From an uncultured Acidimicrobiia bacterium (GTDB lineage Bacteria; Actinomycetota; Acidimicrobiia; Spongiisociales; JAENVV01), in the NCBI GenBank assembly GCA_964600365.1, contig CAZRJG010000002.1, forward strand, positions 36,180 through 100,179: a DNA stretch of 64,000 nucleotides. The letters are read 5' to 3'. Positions within the stretch are counted from its first letter, which is position 1; every line of letters starts with the position of its first letter. Made by a program: the position numbers and the translations under genes. Below are positions 15,395-24,801 of the stretch, one piece after another. The notes below the pieces were generated by a model. That model had not been told where the DNA came from. It saw nothing but the letters and a program-made list of their open reading frames with translations, and did no database searches.

Positions 15395-16651
15395 TCAGGC
15401 GGGTCGCACGACACGGATCGTGGCGATCCGGTTCCGATCCATGTGGTCCACGACGAGCTCGATGTCACCGATCGCCACCTGATCACCCGGCTCGGGGATC
15501 GACCCGTGCTCGGCGAGGAAGAGGCCGGCGAGCGTGGCGTACGGACCGTCGGGCAGCACCTCACCAATTGCCTCAGCGACCGCGTCGAAGGGGATGCGTC
15601 CATCGGCGAGCCACAGGTCCTCCCCTACGGCCACGATGCTCGGGCTCCCGGGGTCGAACTCATCACGGAGGTCACCGATCAACTCGCCGACGAGGTCCTT
15701 GGGGGTGATGAGGCCGTCGAACCCACCGTGCTCGTCCAGCACGATCGCGTACCCGATCCGCCGAACGCGGAAATCGCGGAGTGCATCGAGGAGCGCCGCC
15801 GACTCGGGGACGAACTGGGGGGTGCGAACGAGTGAGCGCAACTCCGTGGAGGACACGTCGGGGCCGAGCCGGAGGACGTCCTTGACGTAGAGCACACCCA
15901 CGAGGTCATCGAGCGATCCCTCCTCGGCCAGGACAGGGAACCGGGAGTGTCCCGTCTCGGCCACGACCTGCCTGATCGCCTCGACATCGAGTGGGAGGCG
16001 AAGGGACACGACGTCGACGCGGGGGGTCATGACCTCCCGCACGGGACGATCGGCGGCTGCGAAGAGCGCATCGATGATCTGGTGGGTGTGCTCCCCGATC
16101 CCTCCCACCGCGAGGCCCATCGCCGCGAGGGCCCGGATGTCGTCCTCGGTCACCTCCGGTGCATCCCTACGGATCCCCCACCGCGTCGGGCGGAGGAGCC
16201 CGCGGCTCACCCCCATGAACACACGGGAGACCGGGGTCAGGATGCGTCGGAGCCAGTACAGGGGGATCGAGGCGAACAGCCCATACGACTCCGGGTCGCG
16301 GGAGGCCATGGTCTTGGGCGTGATCTCACCGAGGACGAGGATCACCGCCGTCATCCCGAACGTGGCAAGGATTGGGCCGAGTGGCTCCCCGACGAGTTCC
16401 GTGGCGAGCACCGTCGCGATCGTTGCGGCGAGGATGTTCACGAAGTTGTTCGCTACGAGGATCGTGCCGATCGTCCCCTCGGCGTCGTCCGACAACGCTG
16501 CGAGCCGCTCGCCGCGCCGGCCATTGCTGCGCAACTGGTCGAGACGCTCGCGAGGGATCGCGACGACTGCGGTCTCCGAACCCGAGAGGAACCCCGAGGC
16601 AATGAAGCAGAGCCCGAGGACGGCGACGAGCCCGAGTTGGGTGGGGGTCAC
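15395..16651 (-). CDS. CNNM/HlyC-CorC family transporter (DUF21 TM domain + CBS pair + CorC_HlyC)
   Basis: N-terminal 4-TM DUF21, central CBS pair, C-terminal transporter-associated domain; GTG start. Confidence 0.85.
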   Translation of the reverse strand: MTPTQLGLVAVLGLCFIASGFLSGSETAVVAIPRERLDQLRSNGRRGERLAALSDDAEGTIGTILVANNFVNILAATIATVLATELVGEPLGPILATFGMTAVILVLGEITPKTMASRDPESYGLFASIPLYWLRRILTPVSRVFMGVSRGLLRPTRWGIRRDAPEVTEDDIRALAAMGLAVGGIGEHTHQIIDALFAAADRPVREVMTPRVDVVSLRLPLDVEAIRQVVAETGHSRFPVLAEEGSLDDLVGVLYVKDVLRLGPDVSSTELRSLVRTPQFVPESAALLDALRDFRVRRIGYAIVLDEHGGFDGLITPKDLVGELIGDLRDEFDPGSPSIVAVGEDLWLADGRIPFDAVAEAIGEVLPDGPYATLAGLFLAEHGSIPEPGDQVAIGDIELVVDHMDRNRIATIRVVRPA

Positions 16652-16652
16652 G

Positions 16653-17021
16653 TCAGACCGACGACCCCGCGGGGATCGCGGCGCGGAGCTCCTGGGCAGT
16701 GAACGGCTTCGTCACCCATGCGTCGGCACCCGACCGATCGGCGAGGAAGCGATCAGCGGCACGATCGAGCAGGAGGACGAGGGGCGCCTCGGCGAGCTGG
16801 TTGGCAGCGATGGCATCCTTGCAGGCCCGCACCACGGCCATACCCCCCATGGAGCCGACCTGGAGGTCGATGACGATCGCCTCGGGAGCCACTTCTGCGG
16901 CTCGGCTCACGGCGGCGCGCGGATCGGACTCGGTCACGATCGAGCGGCGCGGCCCTGAGAGGGCCGCCTCGACATCGTTTCGCACCCAGTCGTCATCGGC
17001 GATGAGGAGCACAGTGGCCAT
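16653..17021 (-). CDS. Single-domain response regulator (CheY-like receiver only)
   Basis: LLIADDD...VIDLQVGSMGG...WVTKPF receiver motifs; 122 aa. The stop abuts the start of the CNNM gene. The longer 539-aa ORF upstream is antisense to purF and judged spurious. Confidence 0.75.
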   Translation of the reverse strand: MATVLLIADDDWVRNDVEAALSGPRRSIVTESDPRAAVSRAAEVAPEAIVIDLQVGSMGGMAVVRACKDAIAANQLAEAPLVLLLDRAADRFLADRSGADAWVTKPFTAQELRAAIPAGSSV

Positions 17022-17108
17022 GGGGTCCAGAGGGTAGCGCCCGGGAACGACGACCGATCGAGCAGGAACAGCACGAGCCCTACGAACGGACCTCCGTACG
17101 CCTCCCGG

Positions 17109-18536
17109 ATGCGCACTACCCTCATAGAGGTGATCGACACGGATGGGCGCCCCGGGGAGGCTTGTGGCGTCTTCGGCGCCTGGGCCCCGGGCGGACAGGC
17201 AAGCCTCCTCACCTACTTCGGGCTCTTCGCCCTCCAACACCGCGGCCAGGAGAGCGCAGGCATCTGCGCCTCGAACGGAGAGACCGCAACGGTCTTCAAG
17301 GAGCTCGGCCTCGTTCCGCAGGTCTTCGACGAGCAGGTGCTTGCAGGCCTCGAGGGGCACATGGCGATCGGCCACACTCGCTACTCCACGACCGGCTCCC
17401 CCAAGTGGGCGAACGCCCAGCCGGTGTTCCGCCAGGTCGGCAACCGCTCCCTCGCACTCGGCCACAACGGGAACCTCACCAACACCGTCGACCTCGCCGC
17501 CGAGGCGGGGCTCGCAGACGTCACCGACACCGAGGTGCTCATCGAGCTCCTTGCCCGGAAGGCAGACCAGTTCGGACCCGAGTTCGAGCTGGACCAGGCG
17601 CTCGCAGGCATCCTCTCCCGTGTGCAGGGTGCGTTCTCGCTCGTCGTCATGGACCAACGCACCCTCGTGGGCGTGCGCGATCCGAACGGGTTCCGTCCCC
17701 TCTGTCTCGGCTCCCTCGAGGACGGCGGGTGGGTGCTCGCCTCCGAGACGGCGGCACTCGACATCGTCGGGGCAACCTTCGTCCGTGAGTTGGGACCCGG
17801 CGAGATGGTCGTCATCGACGAGAAGGGCGTCCGCAGCCTCTGCTTCGCCGAACCGACCCCTCGCCTCTGCGTCTTCGAGTTCGTGTACTTCGCCCGCCCC
17901 GACTCGCGGCTCCACGGCCGGGACATCCATGGCAGCCGTCAGGAGATGGGACGGATCCTCGCCGCCGAGCAACCCGTCGATGCCGACGTCGTGGTACCCG
18001 TCCCCGAGTCGGGCATCCCTGCCGCCCAAGGGTTCTCCGCCGCCTCGGGCATCCCCTACGCAGACGGGCTCGTGAAGAACCGCTACGTCGGGCGCACGTT
18101 CATCGAGCCCACGCAGTTGCTCAGGGACCGCGGCATTCGCGTCAAACTCAACCCGATCCGTTCGACGCTCGAGGGAAAGCGGGTCGTCCTCGTCGACGAC
18201 TCGATCGTCCGGGGGTCCACCACCCAGAAACTCGTCGCCATGGTCCGCCAGGCCGGAGCCGCCGAGGTGCACCTCCGCATCTCGTCACCGCCCTACAAGC
18301 ACCCCTGCTTCTACGGGATGGACACGTCCGACGCATCCAAGCTGCTCGCAGCGCGCATGGACGTCGACGAGATCGCAGCGCATATCGACGCCGACACCCT
18401 CGGCTACCTCAGCCTGTCCGGCCTCCTCGACGCAACCGGTTCGGCCGAGGAGGGATTCTGCACCGCGTGCCTCTCGGGGGTGTATCCCACCGAAATCCCC
18501 GACGGGCTCACCAAGCACAGCCTCGAACTCGCATGA
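17109..18536 (+). CDS. purF: Amidophosphoribosyltransferase
   Basis: N-terminal MCGVFG-type Ntn motif (ACGVFGAW), PRTase motif (VVLVDDSIVRGST), C-terminal Fe-S cysteines. Confidence 0.9.
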   Translation: MRTTLIEVIDTDGRPGEACGVFGAWAPGGQASLLTYFGLFALQHRGQESAGICASNGETATVFKELGLVPQVFDEQVLAGLEGHMAIGHTRYSTTGSPKWANAQPVFRQVGNRSLALGHNGNLTNTVDLAAEAGLADVTDTEVLIELLARKADQFGPEFELDQALAGILSRVQGAFSLVVMDQRTLVGVRDPNGFRPLCLGSLEDGGWVLASETAALDIVGATFVRELGPGEMVVIDEKGVRSLCFAEPTPRLCVFEFVYFARPDSRLHGRDIHGSRQEMGRILAAEQPVDADVVVPVPESGIPAAQGFSAASGIPYADGLVKNRYVGRTFIEPTQLLRDRGIRVKLNPIRSTLEGKRVVLVDDSIVRGSTTQKLVAMVRQAGAAEVHLRISSPPYKHPCFYGMDTSDASKLLAARMDVDEIAAHIDADTLGYLSLSGLLDATGSAEEGFCTACLSGVYPTEIPDGLTKHSLELA

Positions 18537-19543
18537 CGTCGAAGGCGTACCAGAGCGCCGGTGTGGACACCGCTGCGGCGGACCGCCTCGTCGAGCGCAT
18601 CGGACCCGCCGTCACCGCCACCTGGGGTGACCGCGTCGTCGGCGGATTCGGCGGGTTCGCCGCTGGCATCAGGATCCCCGATGGGTACCGGGACCCGGTC
18701 CTCATGCTCTCCACCGACGGCGTGGGGACGAAACTCGAACTGGCCCGGGCGCTGCAGCGATTCGACACCGTGGGCCACGACCTCGTTGCGATGTGCGTCG
18801 ATGACCTCGCCGCCGTCGGTGCCGAACCGGTGGCCTTCGTGGACTACGTGGCCGTCGGCGCGCTCGACGGTAACCGGGAGGCCGCACTCGTGTCCGGCAT
18901 CGCCGATGCCTGCGCGATCGCAGGCTGTGCCCTCGTCGGTGGGGAGACGGCCGAGCATCCGGGGGTCATGGGTGCCGACCAGTTCGACCTCGCCGGCACC
19001 GCGCTCGGCGTCGTCGAGGCGGACGGCCGACTCCACCCCGGCCTCGTGCAGGACGGGGACGTGCTCATCGGCGTCGATTCGCCCAACCTGCGCTCGAACG
19101 GTTTCTCCCTCGTGCGCCGGATCCTGGAGTCATCGGGCGACGACCCCCACATCGACGGCGTCCCGGCGCTCGAGGTGCTCCTCGAACCCTCCGTGATCTA
19201 CGCGCCGGCTGCGGTGCGAGCCGCCCGCCTCGACGGGGTGCACGGCCTCGTGCATGTCACGGGCGGTGGCCTTCCGGGCAACGTTCCGCGTGTACTCCCC
19301 GATGGCCTCGGGGCAACGATCGATCGGGGTGCATGGACGCCGCCGACGGTCTTCTCCTGGCTCGCGTCCGAGGGCCACCTTTCGGAAACGGACCTCCTCG
19401 GCGCTTTCAACATGGGCATCGGCTTCGTCGCAGTCGCGACCCAGGCAGCGGCCGACGAGGTCGCCGCGGTTTTCGCAGGCGAGGGACATCCTGCACGGGT
19501 GATCGGGCGGGTCGGGACGGGTAGCTCGCTCACGATCTCCTGA
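18533..19543 (+). CDS. purM: Phosphoribosylformylglycinamidine cyclo-ligase
   Basis: AIR synthase motifs (DGVGTKL, GGETAE). The ATG overlaps the purF stop. Confidence 0.9.
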   Translation: MTSKAYQSAGVDTAAADRLVERIGPAVTATWGDRVVGGFGGFAAGIRIPDGYRDPVLMLSTDGVGTKLELARALQRFDTVGHDLVAMCVDDLAAVGAEPVAFVDYVAVGALDGNREAALVSGIADACAIAGCALVGGETAEHPGVMGADQFDLAGTALGVVEADGRLHPGLVQDGDVLIGVDSPNLRSNGFSLVRRILESSGDDPHIDGVPALEVLLEPSVIYAPAAVRAARLDGVHGLVHVTGGGLPGNVPRVLPDGLGATIDRGAWTPPTVFSWLASEGHLSETDLLGAFNMGIGFVAVATQAAADEVAAVFAGEGHPARVIGRVGTGSSLTIS

Positions 19544-19898
19544 TCAGAGCAGAGCTGCTCGAGCCAGGCCGTGAATCCGTCGTCGAGGCTCACGAGTTCG
19601 GCCACCGTTGACCTCTTGGTCACGACTCCGTCCCGTTCGATCGTGCCCCCGCCTCCGCCGGTGAGCTCGAGTGTGCCGCCGCCGAGAGGGCCCCAGACGC
19701 CGAGCCCGACCTGGATCGAGGCTCGACCCGGTGGGAAGGAGTTCTTGGCCCAGCTCCTCCTCTGCTGAGCGCCAGTCCGTCGTGCTCCATGGGAACCGCT
19801 CGCCGGTCGGCTCGCCTGGTACACCGGGTGGCGCGCTCGCCCTCAGGGTCCGCGCCGTGGGCGGAACGGTCGCGTACGCGCAGGAGATGGGTGCCGAC

Positions 19899-21389
19899 TC
19901 AGCGGAGGCGGCGCTCCGCACACCGCACCATGCGGATCGTGAGGAAGGCGCCACCCACGACCATCGCGAGGCCTGACAGCCAATCGCCGAACCGGACGTA
20001 GGGCGTGGGTCCCGCGTCGCGGGCACGGACCGTCCCCGTGACCACCGCCTCCTCGTACAGGGGGCTGATCTCGCCGGGTTCACCGTCCCGAATGACGGTC
20101 GACGCACCGGTGATCGCCGAATGCACCACATCGAGGCCGAGTTCGGCGGAACGCATCCGCGTCATCCATATGAGCTGGTCGGCCGCAGCACCACGGCCGT
20201 ACGAGGACTCGTTCGTCGCCACCACCAGCAGCTCTGCGCCGATCGTGGCGTGTTCGCGCGCGTACCGGCCGAACGCTCCCTCGAAGGAGATCACGGAGCC
20301 GATCGCGACATCCCCGAGCAGGAAGAGCTTGGGCCCGTCGCCCGACAGCATGTCCCGCGAACGCATCCCGGGCAGGTCCCCGAACACCGCCCGCCACGGC
20401 ACACGCTCCCCGAAGGGCACGGGGTGCTGCTTGCGGTACTCCTGCAACATCTCGCCGGCCGGGGAGAAGAAGACGTTCGCATTCACGAACCACTGGTCCT
20501 CCACAGGCCGGTCGGTCCCGATGAGGAAGGCGGCGTCGAGACGGCGGGCCTCGGCGCTGATCGCTGCCGCCACCTCCTCGTTGATCCGCGGGTCGGTGGT
20601 GAACCCGGTCGAGGATTCGGCCCACACGACGAGGTCGTAGGTGTCGGGTTCGAGGGTTGAGGTGAGGTCGAGGTGCTGCTCGGTGATGCGAGTCCGCTCG
20701 TTCACGCACCCGACCTGCGGGCATGGCGAGTTCCCCTGGACGATGGCGACCTCCAGCTCCCGCCCCGTTGCACCGGGATCGAGCACCACGCCGAGGATGA
20801 GGACCACGGCGAGCACCCCGAGTCCCGCCATCGCCGGCCGGCGGTCACGCGACTCGATCGTGAGCGCAAGTCCCATCGAGGCGACGGCAAGGACGACCGT
20901 CCACCCCGTGGCACCGAAGATCGCAGCCGCGTCGCGCGCCGCCTCGAACGAGGCGACGGAGTACCCGGGATCGGCCCATTCGAGGGCGAAGACGGGCAAC
21001 CATCGAAGCACCGCGAAGACGCCAAGCCACGAGCCGACCGTGATCGCAGCGCTCGCCATGCGCCGTTCGTCCCGAACTGCCCGGGTCACCCACCCGAAGG
21101 GGGCGAAGAACACCGCGTGGACGACACCGAGGAGGATCCACGCAACGTCTGCGAGTCCAACCTCGAGGTTGCGGAGCCACACCATGAGGCCCGCCGAGAA
21201 CAGAAAGCCGAACAGCGCCGCAAGCGCCCCCGCGCGACCGGACGAAGACGTGCGACGAAGGCCGACCACGAGGAGCGCAAGTGCTCCAACGGCGGCAAAG
21301 GGCACCCCGAATGGGGGGAAGGCGGCCACCATGAGGCCCGCGGCGAGGAGGATGAACAGGACCGGCAACGCGCGGTGAAGGCTAGGCAC
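19899..21389 (-). CDS. lnt: Apolipoprotein N-acyltransferase
   Basis: Multi-TM N-domain followed by a CN-hydrolase domain (E-K-C triad context WAESST...ICFE-like) and a C-terminal TM. Start assigned to the GTG at 21387-21389; the upstream 180 codons of the 677-aa ORF are Arg/Ser-rich and would collide with the divergent IMPase gene. Confidence 0.8.
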   Translation of the reverse strand: MPSLHRALPVLFILLAAGLMVAAFPPFGVPFAAVGALALLVVGLRRTSSSGRAGALAALFGFLFSAGLMVWLRNLEVGLADVAWILLGVVHAVFFAPFGWVTRAVRDERRMASAAITVGSWLGVFAVLRWLPVFALEWADPGYSVASFEAARDAAAIFGATGWTVVLAVASMGLALTIESRDRRPAMAGLGVLAVVLILGVVLDPGATGRELEVAIVQGNSPCPQVGCVNERTRITEQHLDLTSTLEPDTYDLVVWAESSTGFTTDPRINEEVAAAISAEARRLDAAFLIGTDRPVEDQWFVNANVFFSPAGEMLQEYRKQHPVPFGERVPWRAVFGDLPGMRSRDMLSGDGPKLFLLGDVAIGSVISFEGAFGRYAREHATIGAELLVVATNESSYGRGAAADQLIWMTRMRSAELGLDVVHSAITGASTVIRDGEPGEISPLYEEAVVTGTVRARDAGPTPYVRFGDWLSGLAMVVGGAFLTIRMVRCAERRLR

Positions 21390-21426
21390 GGGCCAGGCAC
21401 TGGCCCGGGGCCGATAGCCTGCGCCG

Positions 21427-22206
21427 ATGGACGACCTCTCCGTTGCGCGTGCCGCTGCGACCGCCGCCAGCGCTGTGATCGCCGCCTCGGACGCCCGATC
21501 CGCCCGCCTGAAGGGGGCCGTCGACCCCGTCACCGAGACCGACTTGGCCGCGGAGCGGGCGATCCTCGAGGTCCTCCGCACCCATCGACCCGACGATGCG
21601 GTCCTGGCCGAGGAGTCCGGGGGTGCGGTCGACGGGCGCACCTGGGTGGTCGACCCACTCGACGGGACGGTCAACTTCGTGAACGGCATCGACCACATCG
21701 CCGTCTCCGTGGGACTCTGGGACGGGGACGAACCCTTGGTCGGCGCCATCCTCGACGTCGCTCGATCCCGCATGTACTCCGCTGCTCGCGGCGCGGGGGC
21801 GTGGTGCGATGGTCGTCGGCTCCGCGTCTCAGATCGACCGACCAATGAGGCCATCGTGGCATCCGGATACCCGTACGACAGGAGGGAACGAGCCGTCGCG
21901 TACGGCGACTTCACGGCTCGCCTCCTCGCCACCGTACGAGGGGTGCGGCGCTTCGGCGCTGCTGCGCTCGACCTCGCGTGGGTCGCAGAAGGGCGCGTCG
22001 ACGCCTATGTGGAGCCGGGGATCCCCGCGGGCGTGCAGCCATGGGACGTCGCTGCCGGCATCCTCCTCGTTCGGGAGGCGGGGGGGCGGGTCGTGAACGA
22101 ACATGGCAATCCGGCCGGGCTCAGCGAGCGACTCTTCGTCGCGGGAGGGGAACCAACGATCGACGGCATCCTGCGATGCCTCGACGGGTGGTCCGACGGG
22201 CGCTAG
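21427..22206 (+). CDS. Inositol monophosphatase family protein (SuhB/ImpA/CysQ-like)
   Basis: LAEESG, VVDPLDGT and WDVAAG motifs. Confidence 0.8.
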   Translation: MDDLSVARAAATAASAVIAASDARSARLKGAVDPVTETDLAAERAILEVLRTHRPDDAVLAEESGGAVDGRTWVVDPLDGTVNFVNGIDHIAVSVGLWDGDEPLVGAILDVARSRMYSAARGAGAWCDGRRLRVSDRPTNEAIVASGYPYDRRERAVAYGDFTARLLATVRGVRRFGAAALDLAWVAEGRVDAYVEPGIPAGVQPWDVAAGILLVREAGGRVVNEHGNPAGLSERLFVAGGEPTIDGILRCLDGWSDGR

Positions 22207-22232
22207 GCGCCCGACCCGCGTACGCTCACCGG

Positions 22233-23216
22233 ATGTTCCAAGACGCCATCACCGAGTTCTGGGAGTGGTGGGCCGACGCGCGCGACGATGTCTCCGAGGA
22301 GCTTCGCACCGGCGGGCTCTCCGACGGCACGATCGACGAGATCGGGGACCGGGTGTGGCGCATCCACCCCGAGTTGGAGTGGCAGATCACCGGGGGCATC
22401 GACGCCCGGAACTCGCTCAACCTCGTGTCCGGGGGAACCCGGCTCCTGCGCCTCGTCGCCGAGCTGTGGACCCGCATGGGCCCCGGCGGGGACGACGAGT
22501 GGGAGCACCATCCCGCCCGGCTCCCGTTCGGACTGGAACCGTTCGAGATCGACGGTATCGAGATCGATCCGTCCGAGGCCCGGTTCACCTCGGACTGGGA
22601 CGAGGTCTACGAGCGCCTCGACCTCACCATCTCCCATCCTGCGTTCGACGACCTCTCGGAGGACGGCGCACGGGGCGCCGCGATCCACCTGCTCGATGGA
22701 ACCCTCGGCGAGGATGCCGTCGAGCGCTGGATGGGCATCCTCGAGACCTCTCCGGACCCGGTCACGGGACAGCCCCTCTTCACCCTCCGCTCCGATGTCG
22801 ACGGGATTGCCGCTGCGGCCACGGGACAGGGGTGGGAGCGGGTCGACGACCAGTACGAGGGCGTCGTGGTCGCCACGGCGAACCGCGCCGTGAAATGGAT
22901 CGACCACATCCGCAAGCCGATCTACGGCGAGGTCACGATCACAGCACTCGCCTCCGACGAGGACGGGCTCCCCGTGCCGCTGGAGCAGAAGCGGATCGAC
23001 GCGGCCGTCGACGACCTGTTCGATCGGCTCGGCCACCACGCCGTGTGCATCGGCATGGCTACCGGAGAGGGCGAGCACACGGTGCACTTCTTCACCGAGC
23101 TCGGCGAGTCCGTCGAAGATGCCCTCCGGGAGTGGCGCGAGGCGCACGACAACCGGGACATCACGATCGAGCTCGCACCGGACGAGCAGTGGTCGAACGC
23201 AGAACAGTGGGACTGA
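22233..23216 (+). CDS. Hypothetical acidic protein (327 aa)
   Basis: Start at the internal Met after the IMPase stop. Asp/Glu/Trp-rich with coding-like composition. No family recognised. Confidence 0.5.
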   Translation: MFQDAITEFWEWWADARDDVSEELRTGGLSDGTIDEIGDRVWRIHPELEWQITGGIDARNSLNLVSGGTRLLRLVAELWTRMGPGGDDEWEHHPARLPFGLEPFEIDGIEIDPSEARFTSDWDEVYERLDLTISHPAFDDLSEDGARGAAIHLLDGTLGEDAVERWMGILETSPDPVTGQPLFTLRSDVDGIAAAATGQGWERVDDQYEGVVVATANRAVKWIDHIRKPIYGEVTITALASDEDGLPVPLEQKRIDAAVDDLFDRLGHHAVCIGMATGEGEHTVHFFTELGESVEDALREWREAHDNRDITIELAPDEQWSNAEQWD

Positions 23217-23248
23217 CTACGTCAGTGGTCAGTAGCCAGTAGTCAGTC
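23211..23248. terminator. Nested inverted repeat GACTGACTAC(N18)GTAGTCAGTC with an inner hairpin ACTGAC-TAC-GTCAGT, between two convergently arranged genes
   Basis: Read directly. No U-tract, so the terminator function is uncertain. Confidence 0.3.
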
Positions 23249-23253
23249 GTCGG

Positions 23254-24801
23254 ATGGTACGTCGGGTCGTCACTGGGGAACGGGTCCGGACCGCCGCCGG
23301 CGTGCTCGGGGACGCGGTCCTCATCGACGGCGGGATGGTCGCAGCCGTCGGCCGCCGAGAGGACTTCTTCGTCCGGGGACTCGAGGAGCTGGCGTACCCC
23401 GGAGCGACCATCGTGCCCGGGCTCGCCGATGCACACTTCCACCCCACTGGCTGGGCGACTGCCGTCCATCGGCTCACCCTCCACGATGCCCGGACGATCG
23501 AGGACGTGGTCACTGCGGTTGCGAACTGGTCGGATGCGATGGAGCCCGGAACGCCCCTCGTCGCGACCCGCCTCGACGACCAACGCCTCGAGGAGCGTCG
23601 GCTTCCCTCTCGGATGGACCTCGACGCGATCGGCCGTCCCGTGCTCCTCTACCGGGTGTGCGGGCACGTGGCGGTCGCGAACACGGTGGCGCTCGAGGCC
23701 GCCGGTGTCGGGCCCGCGACGCTCGACCCCCCGGGCGGCTCCCTGGACCGCGATCCGTTCGGCCACCCGAACGGCATCCTCAGGGAGACGGCGATCGGCA
23801 TCGTCTCCTCGGTCGTGGGGGGGCGTGGCGACGGCCTCCCTCCCGCGGCCGTCATCTCGGCACTCGGCTCGCTGCACGAGGTGGGCCTCACACGGCTCGG
23901 GGCAATGGTCGCCTACGGAGCCGACCCGTCGTGCGGTGGGCCCTCCGAGTTGGGCTCGCTCCTCGCCGCAGCCCCTGACTCCCCCGTCGAGATCGATGTG
24001 TTCGTGATCGCCGACGATCCCGATCACCTCACCGATGCCGCCCACCGGATCGACTCCACGCCAGGACCGATCCGGTTCGCAGGCGTGAAGATGTTCTCGG
24101 ACGGAAGCTTTGGTGGGCACACCGCAGCGCTCCGAGCGCCGTACGACGACGTCGGCACCGCCGGAGCGATGCGCCTCCCCACCGCGCATCGCGAGCTGGC
24201 CCAACGCGCACTCGACCTCGGTGGGCGGGTGGCGATCCACGCCATCGGCGACCGCGCGGTTGGTCGCGTCCTCGACGAATTCGAACGGCTGGCCTACGCC
24301 GGTGTGGACGGCCGAAGGCTCCGCGTCGAGCACGCCTCCCTCATCGGCGACGCCGACCGGGAACGCTTCGCCGAGATCGGTGCGATCGCATCGATGCAGC
24401 CCGCGTTCCTCCCCTCTGACGGACCATGGCTCCCCACTCGCCTCGGTGACCGCATGCGTGATGTCTTCGCCCATCGGTCAGCACTCGACGCCGGGATCAC
24501 CGTTGCCGGGGGATCCGATTGCCCCGTTGAGCAGCCCTCCCCCCTGTGGGGCATGGCCGCAGCCCGGGATCGAAAGGGCATCTCCCCTGCCGAGGAGGTG
24601 TCACCCGAGGCCGCCCTGGCGATGTTCACCGACGGCGTGGCTGCGGCGCTCGGGGAGGAGCAACCCCTCACACCCGGAAGCCCCGCCCACCTCACCGTCC
24701 TCGCAGACGACCCGGTCGAAGGTCCCGCCGGGGAACTACCCACGATGGGTGTCGAGTCCGTGTGGGTCAGGGGGCGTGAGGCGTGGCGCGCCGGAGGCTG
24801 A
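23254..24801 (+). CDS. Amidohydrolase family metal-dependent hydrolase (Amidohydro_3-like)
   Basis: HxH metal motif (DAHFHP), conserved downstream H/D residues; 515 aa. Confidence 0.8.
   Translation: MVRRVVTGERVRTAAGVLGDAVLIDGGMVAAVGRREDFFVRGLEELAYPGATIVPGLADAHFHPTGWATAVHRLTLHDARTIEDVVTAVANWSDAMEPGTPLVATRLDDQRLEERRLPSRMDLDAIGRPVLLYRVCGHVAVANTVALEAAGVGPATLDPPGGSLDRDPFGHPNGILRETAIGIVSSVVGGRGDGLPPAAVISALGSLHEVGLTRLGAMVAYGADPSCGGPSELGSLLAAAPDSPVEIDVFVIADDPDHLTDAAHRIDSTPGPIRFAGVKMFSDGSFGGHTAALRAPYDDVGTAGAMRLPTAHRELAQRALDLGGRVAIHAIGDRAVGRVLDEFERLAYAGVDGRRLRVEHASLIGDADRERFAEIGAIASMQPAFLPSDGPWLPTRLGDRMRDVFAHRSALDAGITVAGGSDCPVEQPSPLWGMAAARDRKGISPAEEVSPEAALAMFTDGVAAALGEEQPLTPGSPAHLTVLADDPVEGPAGELPTMGVESVWVRGREAWRAGG

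Noticed and set aside
17022-18272. 539-aa minus-strand ORF (16653-18272) antisense to purF
   Set aside because: Only the C-terminal 122 codons form a coherent receiver domain with its own ATG. The remainder is antisense to purF with low-complexity, Arg-rich translation.
19899-21932. Full 677-aa lnt ORF including the first 181 codons
   Set aside because: The N-terminal 181 codons are Arg/Ser/Ala-rich and would overlap the divergent IMPase gene, start 21427, by 500 bp. The Lnt homology and first TM helix begin at the GTG at 21389.
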